Source: Promethearchaeota archaeon
GTDB taxonomy: Archaea; Asgardarchaeota; Lokiarchaeia; Sigyniarchaeales; SOKP01
Reading direction: 5' to 3'
Assembly (NCBI GenBank): GCA_030606485.1
Contig: JAUWGH010000002.1
Coordinates: forward strand, 60,001-92,000
Length of the DNA: 32,000 nucleotides
Under the pieces are notes generated by a model, which worked only from the letters and a program-made list of their open reading frames with translations, had not been told where the DNA came from and searched no databases. Position numbers and translations under genes: made by a program. Positions 1 through 9,061 of the stretch are shown here, in pieces (the first letter of the stretch is position 1; every line of letters starts with the position of its first letter).

Positions 1-645
1 AAACCTATTATAATTGAGAATGTTGATGATCTTTATAAAACCGCTGGTACAAAATATGCTAATTCTCCAAGTTTAACAATTTTGAATGAAGCACAAAAAT
101 TTGATAAAATTGCAGTCGTTGGAACTCCATGTATGATGTTAGCACTCAAAAAAGGAAGTGTTTATCCAATTGGAACATCTTTTTTTAATAATATTAAATA
201 TACTATTGGTTTATTCTGCATGGAATCATTCAGCTATGATAATGTTATCAATATAAGCACTGAAATTTTTAATAAGAAATTAGAGAACATTTTAAAAATG
301 GACATTAGTGGAGGAAAATTTATTGTTAAAGATAAAAATGGAGAAGAAGCCAAAGTTCCATTAAAAGAAGTAACTTCCTTAGCAAGAGATGTATGCCATT
401 ATTGTAGTGATTTAACGTCCGAATTTGCAGATATTTCAGTAGGTTCAATAGGCTCAAGTGCAGGTTGGTCTTCAGTTATTACAAGAACAAAAGTTGGAAA
501 TGATTTATTTAATAAATTGATAAATGGCAATTTAGTAGAAGTTAAGGATTTAGCTGAAGTAAAACCTGGATTCGGTTTGGTTAAGAAAATTTCAGGAATT
601 AAAAATTCAAAATGCAAAAAAATTGAATTCAATGTAAAAAAATAA
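1..645 (+). CDS. Coenzyme F420 hydrogenase/dehydrogenase beta-subunit (FrhB/FdhB) family protein, 5'-truncated by the window edge
   Basis: Frame 1 is open from base 1 (KPIIIENVDDLYKTAGTKYANSP...), so the ORF-track start at 82 is internal. FrhB motifs: AGTKY, VVGTPC, IGLFCMESF, CHYCSD...ADISVG. Confidence 0.88.
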   Translation, partial: KPIIIENVDDLYKTAGTKYANSPSLTILNEAQKFDKIAVVGTPCMMLALKKGSVYPIGTSFFNNIKYTIGLFCMESFSYDNVINISTEIFNKKLENILKMDISGGKFIVKDKNGEEAKVPLKEVTSLARDVCHYCSDLTSEFADISVGSIGSSAGWSSVITRTKVGNDLFNKLINGNLVEVKDLAEVKPGFGLVKKISGIKNSKCKKIEFNVKK

Positions 646-662
646 TAAAATTTTGTTAAAAA

Positions 663-1775
663 ATGAGTCAAGATAAACGAATAAAAAATTTTAAAGATTT
701 AATTAACGAAGTTCATGATAAAGGTATTTGTCAATTATGTGGTGGATGTGTAAGTTTTTGTAGTTCTGCTGATTATAGGATTATTGATTTTATTAAACCA
801 GATTTGCCACCACAATTTGTAAATGAAAAAGAATGCTTAGAGTGCGGAATATGTTATCATATTTGTCCACAAACTAAAGTACTAGAAAATAATTTAAATA
901 TTCAATATAATTATATCAAACCACTTGGCAATTATAAAGAGATATATTCATTTCAAGCATTAGATAAAGATCTCTTAAAAAATGGAACTGATGGTGGAGT
1001 AATATCTGCTATATTATTGTATTTATTGGAACATAATTTAATTGATGGAGCAATCGTTTCAAAAAAGTTGGGACCATTTGCGAGAGATTCAATGGTTGCA
1101 AAATCTAAAAATGATTTAATTTTAGCTGCAGGTTCTCATTTTGATATTTCTTCACAAGTAACAGAAATTGCTAATTTTAGTACCTATAGTCCAACAATTA
1201 TGGCATTAAATAGATATAAATTTAAAAAGCTAGCTGTTATAGGAACTCCTTGTCAAATTTATACGATAAGATGTATGCAAGAAATGGGGGTTACCCCCTC
1301 TCAAAATATAAAATATCTACTTGGATTATTTTGTTATGGAAATTTTACAATGGGTAAAGATAAAAAAGAGAAATTTGAAACTCAATTTAATTTAAAAATT
1401 GAAGAGATTGAGAAATTAAATATTAAGGAAGATATGTTAATAAAATTAAAAGGAAGTGAAGTTATTCAGCATATATCGTTTAGTGAATTATCAGATTATA
1501 TACGTTCCGCTTGTAATGCATGTAATGATTTTACTAATATTTATGCAGATATTTCATTTGGTGGGTTATCATCACCTGAAAAATATACAACAACTATACC
1601 TAGAACCAAACTTGGAATAAATATTGTTAAATCCGCTTTAAATGAGGGATATATAAAAGTTTTATCGGATTTAGAAGGAAAAAGAGATAAAATGTTAGAA
1701 AAATTAATTCAGTTTTCAAAATATAAAGAAGATAGATATAATTTATCGCAAAAAAATTTAGGAGTTAAATTTTAA
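663..1775 (+). CDS. FrhB/FpoF-like F420-binding protein with N-terminal 2x[4Fe-4S] ferredoxin domain
   Basis: CQLCGGCVSFC and CLECGICYHICP, followed by TDGGVISAIL, VIGTPCQ, LGLFCYGNF, CNACND...ADISFG. Confidence 0.88.
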   Translation: MSQDKRIKNFKDLINEVHDKGICQLCGGCVSFCSSADYRIIDFIKPDLPPQFVNEKECLECGICYHICPQTKVLENNLNIQYNYIKPLGNYKEIYSFQALDKDLLKNGTDGGVISAILLYLLEHNLIDGAIVSKKLGPFARDSMVAKSKNDLILAAGSHFDISSQVTEIANFSTYSPTIMALNRYKFKKLAVIGTPCQIYTIRCMQEMGVTPSQNIKYLLGLFCYGNFTMGKDKKEKFETQFNLKIEEIEKLNIKEDMLIKLKGSEVIQHISFSELSDYIRSACNACNDFTNIYADISFGGLSSPEKYTTTIPRTKLGINIVKSALNEGYIKVLSDLEGKRDKMLEKLIQFSKYKEDRYNLSQKNLGVKF

Positions 1776-1800
1776 AATTACTCAAATTTCTAACAATTCT

Positions 1801-2976
1801 ATGGTTATAAAAGGAAAATTAAGAGAATATCTTAATAATTGCTATCAATGTGCTATGTGTAGTGGCATTTGCCAAATGGGAAGAATACAAAAATACACTC
1901 CTAGTAGGATAATACAACTGATCATTGAAGGTTTTGAAGATCGAATTGTTGAAAGTGGAATGCTTTGGGATTGCTTAACTTGCAATTCTTGCCTTGAAAA
2001 ATGTCCACATGAAGTTAATTTTGCTGAAATAGTACGTGATGCAAGAAATAAAATGTTGGATGCCGGAATTATGCCTAAAATTGCTCATAAGGGATTCTAT
2101 ACACTTCTTTCGGAAATTATGAGTAAAGAAAATATTACTCCAGAAAAGACTTTTGAGTGGGTTCCTTCTGGGTGTAAGATATCAGAAGAGGGAAATATCT
2201 TATATTTTGTAGGATGTGCTCCCCTTTTTAATTATGAATTCGATGAGTCAATGAATAATGCTGTAGATACTTTAAAAATATTGTGCAAAATTGAAAATGA
2301 ACCAATAGTTTTATTGAAAGATGAAAAATGTTGTGGTCATGATTTATTGTGGCAAGGTAAAATCGAAGCTTTTAAAAAATTAGCAATCCATAATATAAAA
2401 GCTTTTGAAAGAAGTGGAGCTTCTTTAATAGTAACTTCTTGTGCAGAAGGGTATAGGACTCTTAAAATTGATTATCCTTCGATGTTTGAGAATTTTAATG
2501 TTGAGGTTAAACACCTTGTTGAATATCTTTATGAGAAATTGAAGGAAAATAAAATTAAATTTAAAAAGGAAAAGAAAAACACAAAAATACTCAAATTAAC
2601 TTATCATGATCCATGTAGATTAAGTAGATTTTTACCAAAATCTTTTAATATATATGAAAAAATAAGATATATTTTTAAAGAATTGGAAAAAGTAGGTTAT
2701 GTATATAATGAAATGGTTCACAATAAATCCAATTCTTTATGTTGCGGAGTAAGTTGTTGGCTAAATTGTACTGATAAAGCAAAAGCACTTCGATATCATA
2801 GAATGTTGGAAGCTAAAGATGTTGCAGATAATTTAATTACTACTTGTCCAAAATGTGAAATTCACTTTAGATGCCTTCAAAATGATACAGAAACTGTCCA
2901 AGATATTAATGTTATAGATTTATCAAATCTCTTGGAAAATGTTATTGAAGTTATACCCTCAAAACAAAATAAGTAG
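1801..2976 (+). CDS. Fe-S oxidoreductase, HdrD/GlpC-like (2x[4Fe-4S] plus two CCG domains)
   Basis: CYQCAMCSGIC and CLTCNSCLEKCP; CCG domain 1 (YFVGC, EKCCG, TSCAEG); CCG domain 2 (YHDPC, LCCG, TTCPKC). Confidence 0.85.
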   Translation: MVIKGKLREYLNNCYQCAMCSGICQMGRIQKYTPSRIIQLIIEGFEDRIVESGMLWDCLTCNSCLEKCPHEVNFAEIVRDARNKMLDAGIMPKIAHKGFYTLLSEIMSKENITPEKTFEWVPSGCKISEEGNILYFVGCAPLFNYEFDESMNNAVDTLKILCKIENEPIVLLKDEKCCGHDLLWQGKIEAFKKLAIHNIKAFERSGASLIVTSCAEGYRTLKIDYPSMFENFNVEVKHLVEYLYEKLKENKIKFKKEKKNTKILKLTYHDPCRLSRFLPKSFNIYEKIRYIFKELEKVGYVYNEMVHNKSNSLCCGVSCWLNCTDKAKALRYHRMLEAKDVADNLITTCPKCEIHFRCLQNDTETVQDINVIDLSNLLENVIEVIPSKQNK

Positions 2977-2987
2977 GTATCTAAAAA

Positions 2988-5900
2988 ATGAGTAAAAGTA
3001 AAAAATCATCACAAAAAAGTCAAACTGATGATTTAATCGGAGCAGTCTTAGTAATTGGTGGAGGTATTGCAGGAATTCAAGCCTCCTTAGATTTAACTGA
3101 AATGGGATTTAAAGTATTTCTAATAGAAAAGACTCCTTCAATTGGAGGGCGTATGGCTCAATTAGACAAAACATTTCCTACTAATGATTGTTCTTTATGT
3201 ATTCTTGCTCCAAAAATGGTTGAGGTTTTTAGAAATCCAAATATTAAATTAATGACTTATTCAGAAGTCATTGAAGTATCAGGTCATGTAGGTCATTTTT
3301 ATATAAAAATTTTAAAAAAACCAAGATATGTGGATGAGGATAAATGTACGGGTTGTGGCGATTGTGCCTCGAAATGTCCTAAGATTGAGGCTCCAAATAT
3401 TTTTGATATGAACTTGGGAAAAAGAAAATCTATTTATATCCCATTTCCACAAGCTGTTCCTCCAGTTTATCTAATTGACTCAGACATGTGTTTATTTTTA
3501 AATAAAGGAGTATGTAAAGTTTGTGAAAAAATCTGTGAGGCACAAGCGATTAATTTTGAGGAGAAACCAGAAGAAGTCCAAATAGAAGTTGGGGCAATTA
3601 TAGTTGCTATTGGTTTTGATATATTAGCTTCTAAACTTCCAGATAATTGGGGTTATAAATATGAAAATGTTATTACCTCTTTAGAGTATGAAAGGATTTT
3701 ATGTGCTTCTGGTCCATTCGAGGGGCACGTTTTAAGATTATCAGATGAAAAGGAACCCCAAAAAATTGCTTTTATACAATGTGCTGGTTCTAGAGATTTT
3801 CATATTGGAATTCCTTATTGTTCTAGTGTCTGTTGTATGTATACCGCAAAAGAAGCAATAATTACTAAAGAACATTCGAATTCTTCAGAATGTTATATTT
3901 TTAGGCATGATTTGAGAGCATATGGGAAAAATTTTTATGAATATACTCAAAGAGCACAAGATGAGTATGGGGTCAAATATTTTAATTCAAAAATTAGCAA
4001 AATAGTAGAAGATCCTGAAACCAAAGATTTAATTATACATTATGAAGATCTCAATGATGGAAAGTTTAACGATTTAAGGGCAAATTTAGTAATCTTGGCA
4101 ACACCATTGATTCCATCTGAGGATTCTGAGAAAGTTGCCAAAATATTAGGAATAAATATTGATAAATATAAATTTTTTAAGGAAAAGACATTATACGATA
4201 AATTATCATCTGAACGAGAGGGAATTTTTCTATGTGGTTTTTGTCAAGGACCATTAGATATCCCTGAAACAGTTGCTGATGCAAGTGGAGTAGCAAATAA
4301 GGTTTCAACATTACTATATCCAGTGAGAAATACTCTATTAAAAGAAAAAGTAGTATCTGTACCTGAAAAAAAGATAAATTTAGAAGATGAACCTTGCATA
4401 GGTGTTATGATTTGCCATTGTGGAATAAATATTGGAAAATATGTAGATGTTCCCCAGGTTGTTGAATATATCAAAACATTACCTAATGTGACTATTACAG
4501 TAGATAATTTATATTCATGTTCTAGTGATTCCCAAACTAGTATTAAGGAATTGATTGCTGAGTATGATTTAAATAGATTTATTGTTGCATCGTGTACGCC
4601 TAGAACTCATGAAAAATTATTTCAAGAAACATGTGAAGAAGCGGGTTTGAATAAATATCTTTTTGAAATGGTTAATATTCGAGATCAATGTTCTTGGGTA
4701 CATATGGAACAAAAAGTGGATGGTACTAAGAAAGCCAAAGACCTCATAGAAATGGCTGTTGCAAAATCGAGATTATTAAAACCACAAAAAGAATCAAAAT
4801 TACCAATTACTCCAGAGGCATTAATAATCGGTGGTGGCATCTCTGGTTTAATAGCCACATTAAATATTGCAAAACAAGGGTTTACAACCCATCTTGTAGA
4901 AAAGGAATCTCAACTTGGTGGAAATTTAAATAATTTATATCAAATTTTCCCAGGATATCAAAAAACCTCAGAATTTTTAGAACCTTTTGTAAATAAAGTA
5001 AAATCACATTCAAACATTAACATTTATTTAAATTCAAATATCACGGAAATTAGGGGATATATTGGAAATTATGATGTTATAATAACCACTAAAGGAAATA
5101 AAGTTAATAATATAAAAGTGGGAACAATAATTGTTGCAACTGGAGCGAAAGAGTTGATACCGGAAACAATATACAATTATAAAAAAGAAAAAAATGTTAT
5201 TACACAACTTGAATTAGAGCAAAAATTAAGGAAAGAAAATATGGAATGGCTAGATAATATTAAAAGTATTACATTTATTTTATGTGTGAACTCCAGACAA
5301 AAAGAGGGTATAACATATTGTTCTAATATATGTTGTACAAATGCATTAAAGAATATTAATATCTTAAAAAAATTAAAACCTGATTTGGCATTAATTTTAA
5401 TTTATCGAGATCTTCAAATGTCCAAAAAAGGGAATGAAGAATTTTATAGGGATTCAAGAAAAAACGCTTTATTCTTAAGATATTCATTGGATAAACTTCC
5501 TATAATTTCAAAAACTAAAATTGGAAAATTTAATTATAAAATTTCCCTATTCGAACACAATTTAAAAGGAGATGTAGAATTTTATAGCGATCTTATTATT
5601 TTAGCTACACCTATGATTGCACCTGAAAATTTTAAAGAATTATCAAAAATGCTGAAAGTTCCGCAAGATCAAAGCGGTTTTTTTCTAGAAGCTCACGTTA
5701 AACTAAGACCAATTGATTTTGCAACAGATGGAATATTTTTATGTGGTTGTGCTCATTGGCCTAAGAATATTCAAGAATCAATAGCTCAAGCAAATGGTGC
5801 AGCTGGAAGAGCCATCAGGATTTTAGGTGCTAAAGAAATGAAAACTTCTGGTCTTGTTGCTGAAGTAATAGAAGATTATTGTATCGGCTGCGGGAAATGT

Positions 5901-6113
5901 GCTGATGTTTGTCCATATAACGCAATAGAATTAATTGAGGTTAAAAAAACATTTGAAGATTATACACTTCGTTTAAAAAAATCCAATGTTAATTCTGCGT
6001 TATGCAAAGGATGTGGTACCTGTGGTGTTCAATGCCCTAATTCGGCAATAATTATTAAGCATTTTAGTTTTAAACAAATAAATGCGATGATTGAGGCTTA
6101 TTTAAAAAATTAA
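2988..6113 (+). CDS. hdrA: Heterodisulfide reductase subunit A-like flavoprotein, extended form with two FAD modules
   Basis: VIGGGIAG...GGRMAQLDKTFPTNDCS, CTGCGDCASKCP, QCAGSRD...YCSSVCCMY; internal CHCG/SCTPRTHE/NIRDQCSWVH block; second IIGGGISG module with CSNICC; C-terminal CIGCGKCADVCP and CKGCGTCGVQCP. Confidence 0.93.
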   Translation: MSKSKKSSQKSQTDDLIGAVLVIGGGIAGIQASLDLTEMGFKVFLIEKTPSIGGRMAQLDKTFPTNDCSLCILAPKMVEVFRNPNIKLMTYSEVIEVSGHVGHFYIKILKKPRYVDEDKCTGCGDCASKCPKIEAPNIFDMNLGKRKSIYIPFPQAVPPVYLIDSDMCLFLNKGVCKVCEKICEAQAINFEEKPEEVQIEVGAIIVAIGFDILASKLPDNWGYKYENVITSLEYERILCASGPFEGHVLRLSDEKEPQKIAFIQCAGSRDFHIGIPYCSSVCCMYTAKEAIITKEHSNSSECYIFRHDLRAYGKNFYEYTQRAQDEYGVKYFNSKISKIVEDPETKDLIIHYEDLNDGKFNDLRANLVILATPLIPSEDSEKVAKILGINIDKYKFFKEKTLYDKLSSEREGIFLCGFCQGPLDIPETVADASGVANKVSTLLYPVRNTLLKEKVVSVPEKKINLEDEPCIGVMICHCGINIGKYVDVPQVVEYIKTLPNVTITVDNLYSCSSDSQTSIKELIAEYDLNRFIVASCTPRTHEKLFQETCEEAGLNKYLFEMVNIRDQCSWVHMEQKVDGTKKAKDLIEMAVAKSRLLKPQKESKLPITPEALIIGGGISGLIATLNIAKQGFTTHLVEKESQLGGNLNNLYQIFPGYQKTSEFLEPFVNKVKSHSNINIYLNSNITEIRGYIGNYDVIITTKGNKVNNIKVGTIIVATGAKELIPETIYNYKKEKNVITQLELEQKLRKENMEWLDNIKSITFILCVNSRQKEGITYCSNICCTNALKNINILKKLKPDLALILIYRDLQMSKKGNEEFYRDSRKNALFLRYSLDKLPIISKTKIGKFNYKISLFEHNLKGDVEFYSDLIILATPMIAPENFKELSKMLKVPQDQSGFFLEAHVKLRPIDFATDGIFLCGCAHWPKNIQESIAQANGAAGRAIRILGAKEMKTSGLVAEVIEDYCIGCGKCADVCPYNAIELIEVKKTFEDYTLRLKKSNVNSALCKGCGTCGVQCPNSAIIIKHFSFKQINAMIEAYLKN

Positions 6114-6132
6114 AGAGAATGAATGAAAAAAT

Positions 6133-6570
6133 ATGAAAATCGTAGAAAAATCAAGTAAAAAACAAGATATGGAATTTAAACCTAATATAGTATGTTTTTG
6201 TTGTAATTGGTGTAGCTATGCTGGAGCAGATTTGGCTGGAGTATCTCGTTTTCAATATCCTGCATCTATTAGGATAATTCGAGTAATGTGTTCGGGTCGA
6301 GTTGAACCAGCTTTTATTTTAAAATCTTTTAAGGATAATATAGATGGTGTGTTAGTCACCGGGTGTCATATAGGAGATTGTCATTATATTAGCGGGAATG
6401 AATTTACAAAAGATAGATTTGAACGATTAACGATAATCTTAAAATTCTTGGGGTTAGAAGATAGATTTCGGCTTGAATGGATATCCGCAAGTGAAGGGAA
6501 AAAATTTGCTGAATTAATAACTACTTTTACAAATCAAATTAAGAAATTAGGACCATTAAACAATATTTAG
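6133..6570 (+). CDS. mvhD: Hydrogenase/Hdr-associated [2Fe-2S] subunit MvhD
   Basis: [45 protein letters not shown]; directly follows hdrA. Confidence 0.93.
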   Translation: MKIVEKSSKKQDMEFKPNIVCFCCNWCSYAGADLAGVSRFQYPASIRIIRVMCSGRVEPAFILKSFKDNIDGVLVTGCHIGDCHYISGNEFTKDRFERLTIILKFLGLEDRFRLEWISASEGKKFAELITTFTNQIKKLGPLNNI

Positions 6571-6761
6571 AAAGATTTAGACCATAGAATTAAAATTTAT
6601 ACTTGGTAATTGCTCCAAACAAACCTTCATCATATATTGCTGAGAAGCATGGATTCATATTAAAAGAGACATTAAAAGAAGAGAGATATATTGATGGAAA
6701 ATATTTTGATGATTTGAGATATTATATGCTAAGAGAAGATTGGCTGAAAAAAAAAAGATAA
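6571..6761 (+). pseudogene. C-terminal remnant of a RimJ/RimL-type GNAT N-acetyltransferase
   Basis: Frame 3, 6606-6761, reads VIAPNKPSSYIAEKHGFILKETLKEERYIDGKYFDDLRYYMLREDWLKKKR*, typical of a RimJ/RimL C-terminus. The upstream part (KDLDHRIKIYTW) is in frame 1. No N-terminal half is present. Not in the ORF track. Confidence 0.65.
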
Positions 6762-6890
6762 AAAAAAATAAAATAAATATGTTAAAAATTCAATATATTC
6801 TTTACCAATACAAAAAAATTTATCTTAATTTTAATATTTGTTTATTTGAGATATATTGTTTTTTTAATATTTCATCTTTTTGATAATATT

Positions 6891-7916
6891 ATGGCTAACA
6901 TATTTGATGATAAAAGCATAAGAGATTCTTCAAGTTTAGATCTGTGTGAAGTTTTTTTACTTTATTTCGATGAAATGAGGGGTCATATGCCTTTATTATC
7001 TTATCCAGATGAAAAATTAATATATGATCCTAAAGTAATGCGACCAATAAACATTCATTCTATTTGGTTTTTAGATTTTGAAGAACAAGAAATATTGGAT
7101 CATGTGGATCTGGAATATAAAAAGAAAGTATATTTTGCAAAAAAGTTTTTAGTGAAATCTGAACGAAAAAAAGAGAGAGCAGGATTAAAAAAAGAAACTC
7201 CAGAAACTATTATTATTATGGTCGCCGTACCTAATGAAATTGAAATTTTTGGAAGTTCCCTTATCAAAAAGCTTACAAAAATATTACAACAAAAATATAA
7301 TGATGTTCTATGGAAATTAATTGAGGGAGAAATTGCTAAATCTGTAGTCATTAAAACGAAATTGATGTTAGATAATATAAAAAAAAGTTATGATATTAAA
7401 CGAAATATCAATTTTGATATTCATAATACCATATTGAAATATTTTGGAGATGTGGTAATGGACAGTAAATCTGATTCAATTAAGAAACAGAAAGCTATGT
7501 CTTTTTTAACACTAAAGGGATTCTATATTTCTTCATTAAAAGGATTTAAAGGGGCACCATATGATGATGTAAATCTATTTGAAAAAGCAGCTTCTTCCAA
7601 AATGTTACAAGGAACTTTTAATCCTTTTAAAATTTCAGAAATAAATTTTTCAAAAAACAGTCAAGAATTAGAAGTTGTTATTGAAAACAATTCTGAAGGC
7701 AATATGAATTCTATGCAAGTAACAATTTCTCATATTAGAGAATTTTTTGAAAAGGAGATATTAAATGAAATCGTTGATGAATGGTATCCGCATGAGGAGC
7801 TGCTATTTGTAGCCCCATTATACCCCCATATAGATTCTTATATTTTGAATATATCTAGAAAAGATAAAAAATTAAAAATTTTTACAAAACTAATTGAAAT
7901 ACAAAAATATATGTAA
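6891..7916 (+). CDS. Hypothetical protein; possible N-terminal uDENN/longin-like domain and C-terminal beta-sandwich domain
   Basis: ORF track gives 6846; ATG 6891 (MANIFDD) is the more plausible start. VFLLYFDEMRGHMPLLSYP resembles the uDENN opening motif, and ELEVVIENNSEGNMNSMQVTI resembles an Ig-like strand pattern. Domain calls are pattern-level only. Confidence 0.55.
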   Translation: MANIFDDKSIRDSSSLDLCEVFLLYFDEMRGHMPLLSYPDEKLIYDPKVMRPINIHSIWFLDFEEQEILDHVDLEYKKKVYFAKKFLVKSERKKERAGLKKETPETIIIMVAVPNEIEIFGSSLIKKLTKILQQKYNDVLWKLIEGEIAKSVVIKTKLMLDNIKKSYDIKRNINFDIHNTILKYFGDVVMDSKSDSIKKQKAMSFLTLKGFYISSLKGFKGAPYDDVNLFEKAASSKMLQGTFNPFKISEINFSKNSQELEVVIENNSEGNMNSMQVTISHIREFFEKEILNEIVDEWYPHEELLFVAPLYPHIDSYILNISRKDKKLKIFTKLIEIQKYM

Positions 7917-7932
7917 AATTTAGATAAATATC

Positions 7933-8412
7933 GTGTTGATTATGGATAAAGATAAAATTATAATTCGGAATTACCGAAAATCTGATTTTAAAGAAACTCT
8001 TGAAATTTTAAAAGAATTATCAGAATTATATGACATGGGATTTAATGAAGATAAATGGAGAGAATCTTCTGGATTACGGCAATTTAAACCCAATTTAAAA
8101 AGATTGACATTAGTTGCTGAAGTTGAAGGTAAAGTTGTAGCTCTAGGAGTATTAGAAGCTAAAAAAACTTCACTTGGTGAATATATTGGTTATCTTGAAA
8201 GTTGGGCAACCAAGAAAGAATATCTTGGAAAAGGTATAGGGAAGATATTGGCTGATAGAGCGATGAAACTCTTAAGAACATGGGGTGTTGATAGAATAAG
8301 AATTAATTTTGCATATAATGGTGATAAAAAAGTAATTGATGTAATCTGTAAAGGTGGAGGCTTCAAACCTATAATAATTGTATTAGAAAAAACTTTCGAT
8401 AAAAAAAAATAA
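7933..8412 (+). CDS. GNAT family N-acetyltransferase
   Basis: IIRNYRKSD N-terminus; GYLESWATKKEYLGKGIGKIL acetyl-CoA-binding motif A; alternative start ATG 7942. Confidence 0.85.
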   Translation: MLIMDKDKIIIRNYRKSDFKETLEILKELSELYDMGFNEDKWRESSGLRQFKPNLKRLTLVAEVEGKVVALGVLEAKKTSLGEYIGYLESWATKKEYLGKGIGKILADRAMKLLRTWGVDRIRINFAYNGDKKVIDVICKGGGFKPIIIVLEKTFDKKK

Positions 8413-8483
8413 AAAATTTTCTTTACTCAATATCTTTTTATTTACCTATAGCAGTTGTGCAATATTATTAAAGGTAAAATTAT

Positions 8484-9026
8484 ATGATCCCCAAAAAAAT
8501 CTTTTTTACTAAAGGTGTTGGCAATCATTTTGATAAATTACAATCATTTGAGCTAGCACTTAGAGATGCAGGTATTGAAAAATTTAATTTAGTAAAAGTA
8601 TCATCCATTATACCTCCTGAATGTGAGGAGATTTCTTTATCAGATGCCTTAAGACTCCTAAAACCGGGGCAAATTATCTATACAGTGATAAGTAAAGCTA
8701 GTTCTAATGAATTAGATAAACTGCTCTCAGCTTCAATTGGTGTTGCAAGATTAGTGAATAATAATTCTTATGGATATCTTAGTGAGTATCAAGCTTTTGG
8801 TATCGAAAGTAGAAAAGCTGGTATGATTGCTGAAGATTTAGCCGCATCTATGTTAGGAACAACTTGGGGTATCAGATTTAATCAAAATTTAGATTATGAT
8901 GAAAAAATCAAAATTTTTAAAGAAAAAGGAAAAGCAATTAAAACAAAAAGTATAACGGCAACCGCAACCGTTGGAGTAGAAAAAGAATGGACAACAGTTA
9001 TTGCAGCAGCGATTTTTATATTATAA
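8484..9026 (+). CDS. pdaD: Pyruvoyl-dependent arginine decarboxylase
   Basis: IPKKIFFTKGVG...SFELALRDAGIEKFNLVKVSSIIPP (Ser-Ser self-cleavage site), GYLSEY, WTTVIAAAIF. Confidence 0.92.
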   Translation: MIPKKIFFTKGVGNHFDKLQSFELALRDAGIEKFNLVKVSSIIPPECEEISLSDALRLLKPGQIIYTVISKASSNELDKLLSASIGVARLVNNNSYGYLSEYQAFGIESRKAGMIAEDLAASMLGTTWGIRFNQNLDYDEKIKIFKEKGKAIKTKSITATATVGVEKEWTTVIAAAIFIL

Positions 9027-9061
9027 TTCTATATTGATTTAGTATTTCTAAATTTCTTTTT

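Noticed and set aside
2988-6570. Selenocysteine in HdrA or MvhD (known selenoproteins in Lokiarchaeota and some methanogens)
   Set aside because: Both ORFs are uninterrupted, with Cys at the motif positions and no in-frame UGA.
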